A stretch of DNA of 64,000 nt from Isurus oxyrinchus (Eukaryota): assembly GCA_026770705.1 (NCBI GenBank), contig JANJGN010000041.1, positions 6,696,001 through 6,760,000 of the forward strand, given 5' to 3'. This document shows, one piece after another, positions 27,041 through 41,399 of this stretch (position 1 is the first letter of the stretch; every line of letters starts with the position of its first letter). A program made the translations under genes and the position numbers. Under the pieces are notes generated by a model. That model made no database searches. It worked only from the letters and a program-made list of their open reading frames with translations, and was not told where the DNA came from.

Positions 27041-28096
27041 AGATTGCAAGCTGGATCCCAGTACATGGGGTCCTGAGGCCACCTTGTTAAAAGCAATGTG
27101 TTGTGCGTGCACCATATGCAGCATACAGCCGGTGCACCGGAATGCTGCTACTAAAATATGGGCTTCACAGGCCTTCTTCAGGCGAAACGCCCAATCGGGA
27201 TGGAGGATTGAGGTCCTGGGAAAGGCTGTGTTGGCCCCCAGTCAAAGTCAAAGTCGTGCACAAATGCTGCAGGTATGTGGTGGACATTCGGTACATGTTT
27301 CGATAAAGGGGTGCCTTTCCATACCTGCCTCTGCCACTAAGCATTTCTCGTTGAAAGGATGGCCAAAGGGAAAGGTGCCAGGCTACTCCCCAGGTCTCCC
27401 TAAAGCACGGGGGCTTTAACACCGGGAAGCGGGAGGAGAATGTTGCCGGACTTTTAGCCTGGCACAATGCGGTCCATCAAATCGAAAACTGCTTCAAGAC
27501 TCAGCGACTCAAAGGAGTGGTGGAAAGGCCGAGGCACAGCAAGTAAAAGTGAACCAACCTGGACCTTTGATTTCCACTCGTGAGTGCTGAAATCCTCTCC
27601 AATGGCGGATAGACATGTAGGTCCAGAATTGGAATCCTGGGTCATCTGAAATCACACTGAGCCGTAAGGACTTCATTGTAGGTACTAAGGGAATGCTACT
27701 GACGTCAATCAGTAGAAATATACAATTTCAGGAAGGTAGGGCACCTCCATATTTTCAATGGCAATATGGATCGTGCAATAACTTGTGGCCTATCTAACCA
27801 TATCCCCGCCACATGAATAGATACATTTGAAAACATGATTATGAACAAAATAACAAACATTCGGCATAACCAAATAGAGGAATCATCCAATGATTTCAGC
27901 ATTTGTGGAGAACAGGTTGAAGCACATTAAGGACAAGGAATCACGGGCAAAGATAATTTTTTCCGCCTGAACAGACGGTTTGTGCAGAATTTGCCAATCG
28001 ATTGTGCAAGTATAGACCTGATCTAATCACACTGACACTATTTTTTGCAGCGCTCTCACATGTTGAAGGACCGGGAAAATTAATCATCAAGATAGT

Positions 28097-28222
28097 TAGA
28101 CAGACAGACCAACAGACAGATAGACAGGCAAAACAGGTGCACAGAAAGACACATTCAAATGGATAGATTGATTTGAAGAGAGAGTTGTACGCGAGAGAGA
28201 GAGAGCGAGAGAGTGCGTGTGA
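28097..28222 (+). repeat. (AGAC)n/(AG)n microsatellite
   Basis: Direct inspection. Confidence 0.7.
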
Positions 28223-28257
28223 CAAATGGATCAAGCGAATGAAAGAACATGAGAATG

Positions 28258-29461
28258 NNNNNNNNNNNNNNNNNNNNNNNNNNNNNNNNNNNNNNNNNNN
28301 NNNNNNNNNNNNNNNNNNNNNNNNNNNNNNNNNNNNNNNNNNNNNNNNNNNNNNNNNNNNNNNNNNNNNNNNNNNNNNNNNNNNNNNNNNNNNNNNNNNN
28401 NNNNNNNNNNNNNNNNNNNNNNNNNNNNNNNNNNNNNNNNNNNNNNNNNNNNNNNNNNNNNNNNNNNNNNNNNNNNNNNNNNNNNNNNNNNNNNNNNNNN
28501 NNNNNNNNNNNNNNNNNNNNNNNNNNNNNNNNNNNNNNNNNNNNNNNNNNNNNNNNNNNNNNNNNNNNNNNNNNNNNNNNNNNNNNNNNNNNNNNNNNNN
28601 NNNNNNNNNNNNNNNNNNNNNNNNNNNNNNNNNNNNNNNNNNNNNNNNNNNNNNNNNNNNNNNNNNNNNNNNNNNNNNNNNNNNNNNNNNNNNNNNNNNN
28701 NNNNNNNNNNNNNNNNNNNNNNNNNNNNNNNNNNNNNNNNNNNNNNNNNNNNNNNNNNNNNNNNNNNNNNNNNNNNNNNNNNNNNNNNNNNNNNNNNNNN
28801 NNNNNNNNNNNNNNNNNNNNNNNNNNNNNNNNNNNNNNNNNNNNNNNNNNNNNNNNNNNNNNNNNNNNNNNNNNNNNNNNNNNNNNNNNNNNNNNNNNNN
28901 NNNNNNNNNNNNNNNNNNNNNNNNNNNNNNNNNNNNNNNNNNNNNNNNNNNNNNNNNNNNNNNNNNNNNNNNAGGTAGACAGANNNNNNNNNNNNNNNNN
29001 NNNNNNNNNNNNNNNNNNNNNNNNNNNNNNNNNNNNNNNNNNNNNNNNNNNNNNNNNNNNNNNNNNNNNNNNNNNNNNNNNNNNNNNNNNNNNNNNNNNN
29101 NNNNNNNNNNNNNNNNNNNNNNNNNNNNNNNNNNNNNNNNNNNNNNNNNNNNNNNNNNNNNNNNNNNNNNNNNNNNNNNNNNNNNNNNNNNNNNNNNNNN
29201 NNNNNNNNNNNNNNNNNNNNNNNNNNNNNNNNNNNNNNNNNNNNNNNNNNNNNNNNNNNNNNNNNNNNNNNNNNNNNNNNNNNNNNNNNNNNNNNNNNNN
29301 NNNNNNNNNNNNNNNNNNNNNNNNNNNNNNNNNNNNNNNNNNNNNNNNNNNNNNNNNNNNNNNNNNNNNNNNNNNNNNNNNNNNNNNNNNNNNNNNNNNN
29401 NNNNNNNNNNNNNNNNNNNNNNNNNNNNNNNNNNNNNNNNNNNNNNNNNNNNNNNNNNNNN
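28258..29461. other. Runs of N (28258-28972 and 28984-29461) separated by an 11-bp island
   Basis: Direct inspection. The five long X-containing ORFs across this interval are artefacts. Confidence 0.99.
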
Positions 29462-29751
29462 GATGCCGGAAATCCAAAACAACTTTCCCTGGAAAAACTC
29501 AGCAGGCCGTACAGCATTTGCGGAGAGAAAAACAATTAACGTTTCGAGCTTGTATGACTCTTCCACAGAAAGAAGGAATACTAGAAAAGAGGTGAAACAT
29601 AAGCTGGTTTAAGTGAGGGCGTGGGAAAAGTAGAGCAGGACAGAAGCCCAGTGATCACTATCAAACGGACTCGAAACGTTAACTGTGTTCCTCTCCACAG
29701 ATACCCCCAGACCTGCTGAGTGTTTTCCAAGTATTTTAGTTTTTGTTTTAG
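29462..29751. mobile_element. Inverted pair of Penelope pLTR fragments
   Basis: 29462-29655 is the reverse complement of the 8115-8315 pLTR. 29662-29751 is a plus-strand copy (ggactcgaaacgttaactg...cacagata..ccagacctgctgag). Confidence 0.8.
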
Positions 29752-30559
29752 TTACATAGATGGATGGATGGATAGATAGAAAGATGTGGAATTGACGGGC
29801 TGAAATACAAGTGCTTCTTGCAACCAATATCCGCTGTCGGATCATTGATAAAGGCAACAGTGAAGCAGAAAGGGGTGATTGTGAATGAAAAACAAACATA
29901 GAAACACAACGAATTTACACATGCGAGATGCAAGTATTGCACACCAATAAAACTGGGAATTTCATCTAACAAATCCCCCATAACATCAGATCGGATATGA
30001 CTTCCAGGAACTCTGTCAAAGCCATTCACTTCGGGTAGCAAATAATAAAATTTGAAGGATAACACGTTACTTGCGACAGGAACAAAAGCATCACAAATTT
30101 ACCGGGAAGAGAAAAAAATGGGAAAAATAAGTCCAAATTGATTCACCAGACCCGGAGCCAAGGGTACATTTTCCCTCTTCCTGGCATAAAACCCTCAGCT
30201 CTTTGCTGCATCAAATATGTAAACTGATAATCGAACTGGACAACACATTCAGTCACATAAATGTGTCTAAATACCATTATCAAAAATCCCTCGTGACAAT
30301 CGCAAAAATAAAGTGAACAATCTTTCCAATGAGGAAGAAGGATGGTAACAGGGGGAACAATCATCCATGTATAAGCTAGGAGGTTAAAGGTGACACAAAT
30401 TCCAAATCTAAGGCATACCAAATGGCAAGGGTCTGTGACAAGCTGGAAGATTGGGAACGTTTTAAAGATGAACAAAGGGTTACTAAAAATCATAAAAGAC
30501 CAAAGGAAAATTAGCGCCTCAAGTGAAGCGCCAGATGATAGAGCCGATCTGACCAGTGC

Positions 30560-31162
30560 TGTTTTAGGTTCAAAGTGAGGTAACAGGCCCATATCAACGT
30601 GTGGCGGTCCATAAAGAGATGGACAGTACAACTGAATGTGGATAATCTGGGCTAGGCCAAGATCCAAAAGGTTTTTTTTTAGGAGAAATTCAACAAGAAT
30701 GTATTGAAACTGAATGAATGACTTAACATCTCCACACAGCCCGTGCTAACAAGCACATTAACAGTTAAAGTTACCCGCTGAGCCTTGCACAGCCTTAGCG
30801 TCTGTAAACAACAGAAAGGCCTTGAGAGCCTGACTGGAGACAGAGGATGGCAACAACATAGATTAAGTGCTCTTTTCAAGCGACTAGGGAAGGGCAGTTT
30901 GTCCCAGCCAGGATAGGCGGTGACGTCTCTGCCGGGGTGTAAGAGCATCTAAGATATGATATCATTTCCGCCAAGAAGGGGATTTCAATATTGTTATTTT
31001 ACGGGATCAGTGATATATAAAATAGGCTGCCTGCTTGCAGTTTCACCGTGTGCTATCTCATCATTCCTTGAGATGGTTCTCTCCTTGCAATTGCTTGAAT
31101 AAACAATCGTGACCTGTATCTGAGCCTCCTGTCATCTGTTGGTCAAAGTTAGCACAGCAACA
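30560..31162 (+). mobile_element. Possible solo LTR
   Basis: TG...CA ends with an internal TATATAAAA (~31015) and AATAAA (~31098). No clean target-site duplication. Confidence 0.35.
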
Positions 31163-32169
31163 GCCCAGCGTGTTTATACATTGCAACGGGCGAAGTTAGG
31201 AGAATCAGGAGTTGGCGGTCTGTATATTGTCCACACACACGGGCAGTGAGCAGTTGGATCCTATCCTGTGAAGATTCATTAATTACAGATCCTAGCACCT
31301 TGTTCAATACAGTCAGACAGGACGGCAACCGCCTAAAAAAGTCAGATCCGTGTTGCAACCAAATATTAAACAGATTGACAAAGTGCTCCAAATATCCCTA
31401 GGAACCAGAACTCATCTGGTCAACATGCAAAGCATTATAGAAATGTTGCATTCCGGCTCTCCTTTAACATTTTACCCTATCCTGTAAAAATGAGTTCACT
31501 TTAGTCTCCAGCTAATTCCCGCACTGGGGTACACTGAAATATGTAATTCGTATTGATTTTGGCACAACAGGTCATTCGGCCCACCTAGCTCATGTAACCT
31601 GTAGGACGTGTGAGATTATTTCTGTCAAGGGTCTGGGAAGAGGGAATGAATAGAGGTGTGGGTTGGAAAATAAAAGGGGAAAGGTTTCAGAAGGACAAGA
31701 GGCACCAGTTTGGGGAAAAAAAATGATTTCTTTCGCTGAGGTTTGGTGGAGTTTGGGAGTATCCATAGGGGATAGAGTGGATGAGGAGGCTGTATCTCTG
31801 CGTGAATACGTCACTGGGCCTAGTGACAGAGAAAGTGACCTGATGACAAAAAATGTTTCTGATGCTGAACACAGTGCCAGGAAATTCCACCAGGGAAGTT
31901 TTACAGTCACCTGACTGCAAATCCATCTACAGCACTGCTGTTGTACCTAAATAATGTGGACTTCAGTGTTCAGCAAGGCGGCTGACCACCAGGTTCTCAT
32001 GGGTAAATAGGGATGGATAATAAAGTAAAATGGGCGACCCAGCGTCACTCATATCCCCCGAATGACTGAACGACCATAGCCTCGTTAAAATGATCACAGA
32101 TTTGAGTTCCTATATTTATCTGTGTATATTTATTCCGCTCAGTGAACGACTATATGTAAGTAGCACATT

Positions 32170-32480
32170 GAAAGAAAGAGAAAGAGAGACAATGAGATAT
32201 ACTGAGGAACGAAAATGGAGGATAAGTTGGAACAAGAATAGTAAAATAAATGGTGGTTCACAAACAGAGCGAGACGGAGCAAAAGAGAATCATCGAATAA
32301 AAGAGAGCAAGATAGTGAATAAAGGAAGAGGGTGAGAGCGCAGAGAGGGAGATGCAGAGTGAGAGAGTGGGATAGGGAGAGGAAGTAGAGAGGAAGAGAG
32401 ACTGAGCTAGAAGGAGATAGAGAGAAAAAAGGACAGCGACAGAAAGAGCGAGAAAGAGAGACAGAGGGAGAGAGAAAGAG
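32170..32480 (+). repeat. GA-rich low-complexity tract
   Basis: Direct inspection. Confidence 0.7.
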
Positions 32481-32559
32481 TTGAGGGGCAGGTGGTGGGC
32501 GTGGGCTGCGGGTGGGATGGTTGTTGGGGAGCAACACCGGGTCATGACAAATAAATACT

Positions 32560-33400
32560 GGCCCTGAAAAATATCCTGCCTGTCGCTGAATTGTTGAAAG
32601 CAACAATCACACCATAAAAGTGCCTGGCAATGAATGTCTACAGCAAGAGACAATCTGACCATTGCTCCTTGATAACCAATGGCAACACCATTGCTGTATC
32701 CCCCCACTATCATCTTCCAGGAGGTCAGCATTGACGAGAAACTGATCTGGACCAGTCACCTGGTACTGTGGCTGCAAAAGCAGGTCAGATGCCAGGAATT
32801 GCCTGTGCGGTTACGCACTTCCTGCACCACCCCCCCACCAAACCCCCCCCACAAATGCTGTCGACTACCTATAAGGCAGGAGTTTGACGGAACAGTCTCC
32901 ACTTTCAAGGATGAACGCAAATCCAAAAACACTCCAGAAACTCGTCACCATCCAGGACAAAGCAGCCTGCTTGATTATCATGCCAAACCAATCATTCAAT
33001 CCCTCCAGCACCGAGGCACAACAGCAACAGTGTGTACCATCTATAGGATTCTCTGCATCAAATCAACAAGATCGCTTCGACTGCACCTTCCAAGCTCATG
33101 GCCACTGCCCTCTCGAAGGTCAAGGTGAGCAGATAAATGTGAACAAGACAATCTTCAATCCCCTCGACAAGCCACAGACCATCTCAACTTGGAAAGACAT
33201 CAGTGTTCCTTAAACTTCGCTGGGTCAGTATCCTTTGGTATGACAATCACCCCCATCCACCACCCTCTAAAAACACTGTGGGTGTAGGTATACCACAGGG
33301 ACCGCAACTGTTCGAAAGTCAGCTCACCACCACCTCCACAAGTGCATAGGTATGGGGAATCAATTTCCCCCAGGCAGCGAGGCTTCCATTCCATGACTGA
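32560..33400 (+). mobile_element. CR1-group (Zenon-like) LINE 3' end
   Basis: IDEKLIWTSH, IQDKAACLI and SLQHR.T.A.VCTIY motifs, then the family 3' tail. Confidence 0.75.
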
Positions 33401-36400
33401 ATAAAAACAAACCCCCCACATGAGGAGTTATTGATCCATATGATAAACTGGTTGAAGAAGGCCTGGGCAGGAGGCAACATCAAAATCGAATTGATTGTAT
33501 CGCACAGAACTGGGAGCAATGTCCTCATGGGGAAAGTTCAGGTATCTTGGCGAAACTCAAACTGGCTGGTGAGTGGATGCTGACGATGCTCCGCTGTTGA
33601 CAAGGCTGAACCAAGACATGAAACAGCAGTTTAGCATGACACACAGTCTTTTACTAATGGTTGATGAAGCCGCTGCCTCATAAAACATCACCCAAGAAGA
33701 CAGTTGTGCAATCATCGATTATGTTGGACCGGGAGCGCGGGAGTTCTTGGTCAGGGTCATCCTGCTGGGCTGGGGGATGGGGAATGGGGAGTTTACCCCT
33801 CATACCTTAGAGGGGATGGGAAAACGGGGTGATGCCAAACTGAACCAGCTTTACCTCGAGAGAGGGGCAACAGCTTGATATGTTGCCTGCATTCCCCTCC
33901 CCCACTTCCCCTGAGGCAGACCCTCCAGAAAATCTGGACCCACGTCCGAAAGCCCACTTTACTAGCAGAACACCCAGTTCACAGCACCATTCCCATGTTG
34001 ATTAAAACCATTCCATAGTGTTTTACGACTCAACCCAGTGATATTTCACACTCAGCAATGGGCAGCCGGTCCAATCAAATCATAACCAGATAGGGAGTCT
34101 GTCCATTTCTGTCCCCGGAATATGATTGCATAGCTTCCACTTAAATAGAGCTAAAGTGTATACCACAGCACTCCCTGTGGTAGTGACTCCCACATTATCA
34201 CCTCTCTCTCTTGGAAAATAAGTATTCCTGAATTCCCTGTGAGTTTTATTGGCGACTGTCTTTTATTTTATTCCTCTAGTTATAAGCATCATCACTACAG
34301 CAAACGTTCACTCTGCAACCACTATATTAAAATATTTCATAATTTTAAATATACTGATAAGAGGACCCCACTCGGTTCATTCAGTCATTCCAGTCTCCCT
34401 CCATCTATCTCTATTTCATTCACATTGTTTCCAACATGGAGCGCAGTCCCTAACACACCTCTTGTGACCCTACATGTGTATTTGATGGTGTGCACGGTTG
34501 CAAGCTTATTAATGGCTTTCACAGGGACTAATGAAAAAAAATCGGTCAGTGGGTTGTGTTCATGACGATGCTCACCGCGTGTCCAAGTTCAACTCAAGCA
34601 AAATTCTAGGTTAAGCCTCGTTTTGCCTGAGGCGACATCTTGGGTCAGGCAGTTTAAATCATTGCCTCCTATGGGCATCAACAAAAATAGTGAGTGCTGT
34701 GTTCCTTGAGCATGCAGGGCAGCTCCTTTGGTTCACCGTGGGGTGGGGAGATCTTGGCTATTCGCATCTTGCTAGGTGGCCCCTTAGAGGACTAACGGGG
34801 TGGAGGGGAGAGGGGAAGGAGATAGCGACAGGAGGGTGAAATGGCATCATTCAACCCTGCTGGTAGTGAGAATCCCTCTTCCTCTGTTATATCTCCATTC
34901 GAATCTCCTCTGACAGTTACCAGCAGACTGCACTCCCTATCCCTTGGCAGAAGAGTCACCGGGCAGGGTGACGCTGTATGCCAGCAAGTCCACTGCACGC
35001 AAAGATGGTGCAAGATGCTCACAGAAAGTGCGAGAAGAATTTTGTGCTTAATCTGGAATTGGGTCGAACTGAACACAACATTCTCTGTGTCACCCTCAAC
35101 CGGCAAGTTTAAAATCATATAATTGCCAACCAAGATAAACATTAAGAAACAGCTTTTCAGGACCCATTTGAAACCTCACACCTAGGCGCACTCTTCAGTG
35201 TTTATCAAAACAAACGAGCGTTTTCTTTTGTGTGTACACTCGGCAATCGACAGCCTGCGCCTTGTCCAAACTGACCAGCAATGGGCTGTTGGATCCTGTC
35301 TTGTGATGATTCATCATTTTGCCATCATCACGCCTTTGTGGCAATCTATCAGGCTGGATGGCAAATGGCCGCCGGTCAGCAAATATTTAACAGGCTCATA
35401 AGCTTCCAAACACGACCCATATGTTTCCCAAGGCAGATGAAAGGCATTGAGCACTGTGCACACCAACTGCACAGAGCGCACACAACCTACCTTTTATCTC
35501 GCACTCATAACTGAGCGCAGCCTGGACGCCAGCCAATGCCAATATGTGGAATACAAATAGGGAGCAAAAAGAGCTGGAGAGAGTAAAGTCTAGGAAACCA
35601 TTCGGCCCATCGCTTTTTCGCAGCTGCAAGGCAGTGTGGGATCAATTGCATTTGCGGACATGGGAAGGGGGGGTGGATAGTGCGGAGTAGGGGAGACAGG
35701 AAATTGGGTGCTGTGGTTGTGAGTTAGAGCGTTAGAAGGGCAGGGGAACGTGGGGGAATGAAAGTTAGGCTGTGCAGTTGAGGGCGAAGGGGTAGACAAG
35801 GTCTCTGATGTAAGTGCAGCTGCAGGATGTATCCCAGTGACCAGTAACTCCAGGGAAAAATAATGGTGTCTCCGGACTCACTGATTGACTCACTGATCCT
35901 AAAACAAAAGGCTCAGTCACGACTTTCAACTGTGTCCCAGGGGATGGCAGACCGGGAATATTGTATGCCACCAGTTGCAAGCTCAATGCTGGGTTTCAGG
36001 AAGTGGTTGTCAGTTCTGCTCCTACTATATAAAACAATAACAATTATGTGTTGCGGCCAGCAAGGAATTCTTGGAATGGACGGAGGCCTAACTCGTACAC
36101 TTAAGAAAGGACATCTGCCCTCTTAACCCACTCTAACCTGCATGTGACTGCGGACCCACAGCATTCTTAAGACTTAAATGACGCTCAGAAATGGCTTCTC
36201 AAGTCACTCAGATGTTGTCACGCTGAAGACAAACAGGGAACCCGAACATAATTGGACAGGTCTGCAAGGGTTGAAGCTTGTATATTTCTCAAACAAACCT
36301 TCTGTTTGTCCTTCATACCTTCAGTACATCTTCAATTCATGTTACTCATGGTGGACAGGTGATCTAACCGCTGTTTGATGGCGTTAGACAGTAATCAGTG

Positions 36401-36779
36401 GGACATTTCCTTGGTTACCAAACACCAAATTGCGCGTATTTTGAAGTATTGAAATGCTGATATTCGTTTTCCCAATCCTTATTCTATGTTTGGTGTGTTC
36501 ACGTTGAAAATGAGAACACAAATTGGTGGCAGCATGCTTACTTTTTTCAAGATTTTATTGAGAGCTGTACAAGCCTCAAAACATTCAGATCCAGCTGAAG
36601 AACTGGTGCAGAAACGACGCCACTACCGATTATTCAGCAAGCGCATATCATCCGCTGGTACTGGTCAAATCCTAAGCATATGTCTTCATTCTGAGGCATC
36701 ACATCATCGAATAGGCACCAGTTCACTGTCAATGCTGCCCCTTAATAGATGTTAATTGTCATAAGAGAATGTTAAGCTA

Positions 36780-39700
36780 GCTGGTGAGTCATTAGATGTC
36801 CTATAAAAACAAAGGGTTGTTCAATGTGAACTTCAACAGGGACATGTGGACACGTGGCTACGTCTGAGACAGATGTACACTGAGTGAAGAGTTGAGAATT
36901 TGGATCAAATGGGAATTTGGGAAAGTGAGGTCAAGACGTGTTTCTTGTCTTATATTCGTCAGCTTCCGATCATTGGATCGTTTTCCTCCTTATCTCCAAA
37001 ATTGAAGAGTGCAACATTCTGGCAATGTATCTCTGTAACTTATTAACTAATTGGCTAATTAAATGCGTACGGTTGTCAGCAGTGGCAGGCTGGTGGTTTG
37101 CCATTATAGCAGCATGTACGTTTCGATGGAATACATTGAATACATTGAGCTAGATTATGATGTTGTGGAAATTGTCAGGCATTTGTAGGGAGACAATGGG
37201 GGGCAAATGTTGCTTGGACACTTTGTTCCAGAAGTCATTCATTCCCCTTAGGTTCGAGAGAACTTCAGGTTGGTCAATGGTCAGGAGGTTGGGTGCTTGT
37301 CTGTGTATAAGGGGACCCAGCACTGAGACTTCAAGGAGCCTCGGTCCATCACCTTTTCAACAGGTATGAAGTGCTTGCAACCTGTACAAATGGGGAGAAC
37401 CGCAAGGTAGATATGCGGACTGATCATTACGCAATGGTGAGGAATATCTTTCGAATGGGTGGAGCCAAGTGGAATATAGCAGTGATTGGAGGCAGTGTAG
37501 TCAGGGGTATATGTTGTGTTCGCTGCAATTGCTAACATGAGTCCAGGCTGCTGTGTTACTTCCAAGCTTCAAGGTTGTAGGCGACCTGCTCAGGCTGGAG
37601 AGGAGCTTCACGTTGGACGGACTGGATTCACTGGATCATTGTCCATGTAAGTAGAAAAAACTTTGGAACAGCTAGGAAGTATTTACTGCATAGCGATTGC
37701 GAAGATATAGACACGAGGTAAAACAGCAGAAAAAAGTGTTAACAATCTATGACTGACCAGTGTGATGTAAAAATTGGTGTAAGGCGAATACAATTAGGAA
37801 GATGAATAAGTGTCTCAAAATATAGTGTAGGCAAATGGATGCCGATGTAGTCGCACTGGCACTAGTACTCTGAAAGTGGGAGCTTGACCATTAGACTTTA
37901 ACCGTGCTGGTCCCAGTTTCAAAGCTATAGATAAAGTACTAAGGAAGTCGAGATGGTTTTAAAATAACTAAAGTGTGAAGAGACGATCTCGCAAAGTTGG
38001 AATAAATAAAATGCAAATGGCAAGACAATTTATCAAGGAAGATATAAAGGTGAAAGTAATTACTTAATGGAAGGAAGGAGATGTAATTGCAATGTATGGG
38101 CTGTGCTTGCAGGCAGAGACACTGTTTGGAAAAACGGTAATAAAACAATGAATTAAAGGCTCTGATTTTGAATGCCGGCAGCATTCGCATAAAAACACGT
38201 GAATTCTAATCTCAAATATAATTTAATATGTCTGGCCTGATAGACATTGCAGAGACATGGCTACACGCAAACCAATGCTGGGAACGGAATATCCTCGGGC
38301 ATGTGACATTCTGTAAGGACAAGAGGCTGGGAAGAGTTATTGGGGTAGTTCTGGTCATAAAATAGGCCGTTCGTCCTGTGCTGAGAAATGACTGGTGTTG
38401 TTAAGATCAAAATGTATAATCAGTTCGGGTGCAACTAAGGGACAAAAGGGATCAGAATACATTGCAGTGAGTTGTTTATAGTCCAGCCAAACTGCAATGG
38501 TAAGGCAAATCTCCGAATAAATCATTACTTTAGAGATGCTTGTATGAAGGGCTGAATACTAAACTTGGGGGATTTCTCTATACATACAGAGTAGGTTAAA
38601 CTAATTCCTTCTACTGTTTTGGGGAACGAATACTAAGAACATTTGCAAGATGGTTTTCTAGAGCAGCACATTGAAAACCCAAATAGTGAACGTGTAATTT
38701 CAGATCAAGCCTTGGGCAAGTGAACATTGCTCATTCATTCTGTTGATGTAGATGAGCCCTTAGGAAAGAGTAAGCGTGATATGATAAAATGTTTCATTAA
38801 GTTTTAATGTGCTATGTTCCAATCAGTGAAAAGGGGCTTAATATAATCAAAGAGAGTGTTAAGGAATTCGTACAGTGGGGGTGGAGGAGTGATTGGCTTT
38901 GGTAGATTGGAAAATTTTGCTGAAAGATATGGAGTTTGACAAGCAATGTCTAACGTTTAAGCAATGAATGCATACTATGCAACAGAAATACATTAATTTA
39001 ATGCACAGGAGTCGGGGAAGGAAAGTCTTCAAATCGCAGGGGAGGGCATGCGTTGGACGAGGCCTATTTGATAAATAGTAAATCTGAGATTTGGGAACAT
39101 TTTAGAATTCTGCTAAGGAGGACCAAGAAAAATAATAAGAAAGGGAAAATGCAAGTTGTGAGTAAACCAACGAGAAACATAAAATAAACCTTTGAATTGA
39201 TTCTGTATGTAAAATAAAGGAAATATTACCAAAAATAAATATAAGTTCAATTGCAAACAGAGTCAGGACAGTTTATTTGCTGTAGTAAGGAAATACAAGA
39301 GATTCACAAACACTTCGTGTCTGCCATCCTGGAGAAAAGAAAAATAACCATCCCAGAAATGATTGAGTAGCAGAGGGCTAGAGTATAAAAGGTTATGCCA
39401 GATTTTAATTCAGCTGAGAAAAAAGTATTAGGGAAAATAGTGGTGCTTAGAGTGCACAATTACCCTGGGCCTAATGGTCCATAGCCAGGAGGGCTGTAAA
39501 AAGGTGGCTGTCGAGAGAGCAGATGTATTGTAGGTGACCTTTCAGAATTCTCAGGAAGCTGTACCGATTGAAACGTAACCCTACTATTTTAGACAGGATT
39601 TAGGCAGCAAAGGGAACACAACAGGCCTTTTCTATTTTCACCACTGCTCGGAAAAATGCTCGAATCTACATGAAAGATTGTGATAAAACGATACATAGAT

Positions 39701-39900
39701 AAAAATGGTAGGATTGGGATAAGGCAACATGGATTTAAGAAAGGGAAATCATACTTAACTAAACTGGTGGTACTTTTTGAGGATGTAACTATTCAAATAG
39801 GTAACGGGGATCCAGTAACTTTAGATATTTTTGTAAGCTTATTGAAACACACACACATAAAGTATAGTAAGCAAAATTAGATCACATGGGTTGCCGGCTG
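36780..39900 (+). mobile_element. CR1 LINE, 5' half (ORF1 esterase-like region, APE, start of RT), decayed
   Basis: VIGxSVVRG..ESRLLC.LP (ORF1), NAGSIR...IAETWL (APE) and RQHGFKKGKSYLTKLVVLFEDVT (RT). Confidence 0.85.
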
Positions 39901-41079
39901 TCACCAAGCTTTTCAACGTCCCTTTCACCGTGACCCTACATTTGCCTCCCTTCGGATGATGATCAGGTTTTCTTTTGAAGGCCCCGATGGAATTTGCCTA
40001 CCCTCAATATCAGAAAATTCTTCCAAAATTGTAAAATTCTCTGTGCAAAATTATTTGCACTCCCTCAAATCACGTTTTGTTCTTCCCATTGCGAATTTGC
40101 TTGAATTGCAGTTAGCATGTCTTCGATCCTCCCTCCAGCTCCTTCTCTATTCTTCTTCTGTTGTGTCTCTGGTTATATCTCTCATACGTCCACACAACAC
40201 TGTCCAGATGGTTAAACATTTCATATTTAAACTGATTGTGGTTTGTTAAATATTCAAATCGGTTATTGTTAACCTGTCTAATAGATGTTGTGCCTCAGTT
40301 GGGTATGTAACTGAAAAGTGCCAATTAAAAATCTTGATGTGAAGGAGCCCTTGGGAAAGAGTGATCATAATATGTAAGAATGTTATGTTAATTTTCAATG
40401 TGCTGTGTTCTAATCAGAGGCAACAGTATTAAATCTAAAAAAAGGAATGCTAAGATACTCCGGGACGTGGGTGTTGATCCTCCACCGGATCTAAAAGTTC
40501 CCAGTGTGATCCCTCCTACAGAAGATGTGAGTACTTGAGGACAATACAAAACGAGTGTCGTACACTTTGATATCAAAATTGCTAAACCTTCCAACTATTG
40601 TATGGCACCTTACAAAGCGTAGTTGATTGGTGGGATGGAAAGCGTTTTCGAGAAGATGTGAAGCACACATGCATTGCTACGTGAAACTCTTCAGCAAGGT
40701 GTGAGCAATGTGCTGCCAGTCTGAGGGGATATTATCCGCAATATTGTCAGTGTGCTGAACCCAGGACTTTAAGCCATTACGTGCCATCCCGTGGAGTGAA
40801 AGCTAAATATTGGTATCTATGATCATTTCTGGAGAGCTCAGCAGACAAGAAGGACCTTGTCAATTCAGGTTGGAGGGAATTAGTGAATGGCCACACCAGC
40901 TGCACGATTTAAAACGGGGACAGTTGAATGGCAATACTCCTTCCTTTTTGTTAACATTGGGCACAGTTAGATGTGGCGGGGATTCTGAGGTTTGAGTTAA
41001 CCTGAACCGTTTTGTGTGGAAGCCTATCACACCTGCATGAAGTAATTTATTATCATTATTTAATTCATGGTGTGAGTGC

Positions 41080-41385
41080 ACTACTGGCAATGCTTTATTA
41101 CCTTGGTCAGCTCCGGAGACATTTCAGTAAACCACATATTGCTGTGGGTGTGTATTCACAGTAGAACAGGACAGGTGAGGACAGCACTTGTGAAACCAGA
41201 AAGAAGGGTTGTTCCAACAATCGACAATGGTGTCATGGTCACCCTTGGAGATTTATTATCAGTTATTCTGTTTTTCATTGAATTTATCCGTCTGCTGGGG
41301 CAGGATTAAAACTCAGGACACCAGTGCATTACTCTGGGTCACTAGGTCAATAGCTCAGTGACAATACCACTACACTATTCCCTCC
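41080..41385 (-). mobile_element. tRNA-derived shark-type SINE
   Basis: Reverse complement of the element at 55668-55985. Confidence 0.6.
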
Positions 41386-41399
41386 CCCAAATATACTTG

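Noticed and set aside
27941-29612. 434-541 aa ORFs
   Set aside because: Artefacts of translating through N runs.
29781-29957. RCGIDGLKYKCF followed by aataaaactgg as a defensin 3' remnant
   Set aside because: Only two cysteines, and no further similarity to the shared 3' UTR or flank.
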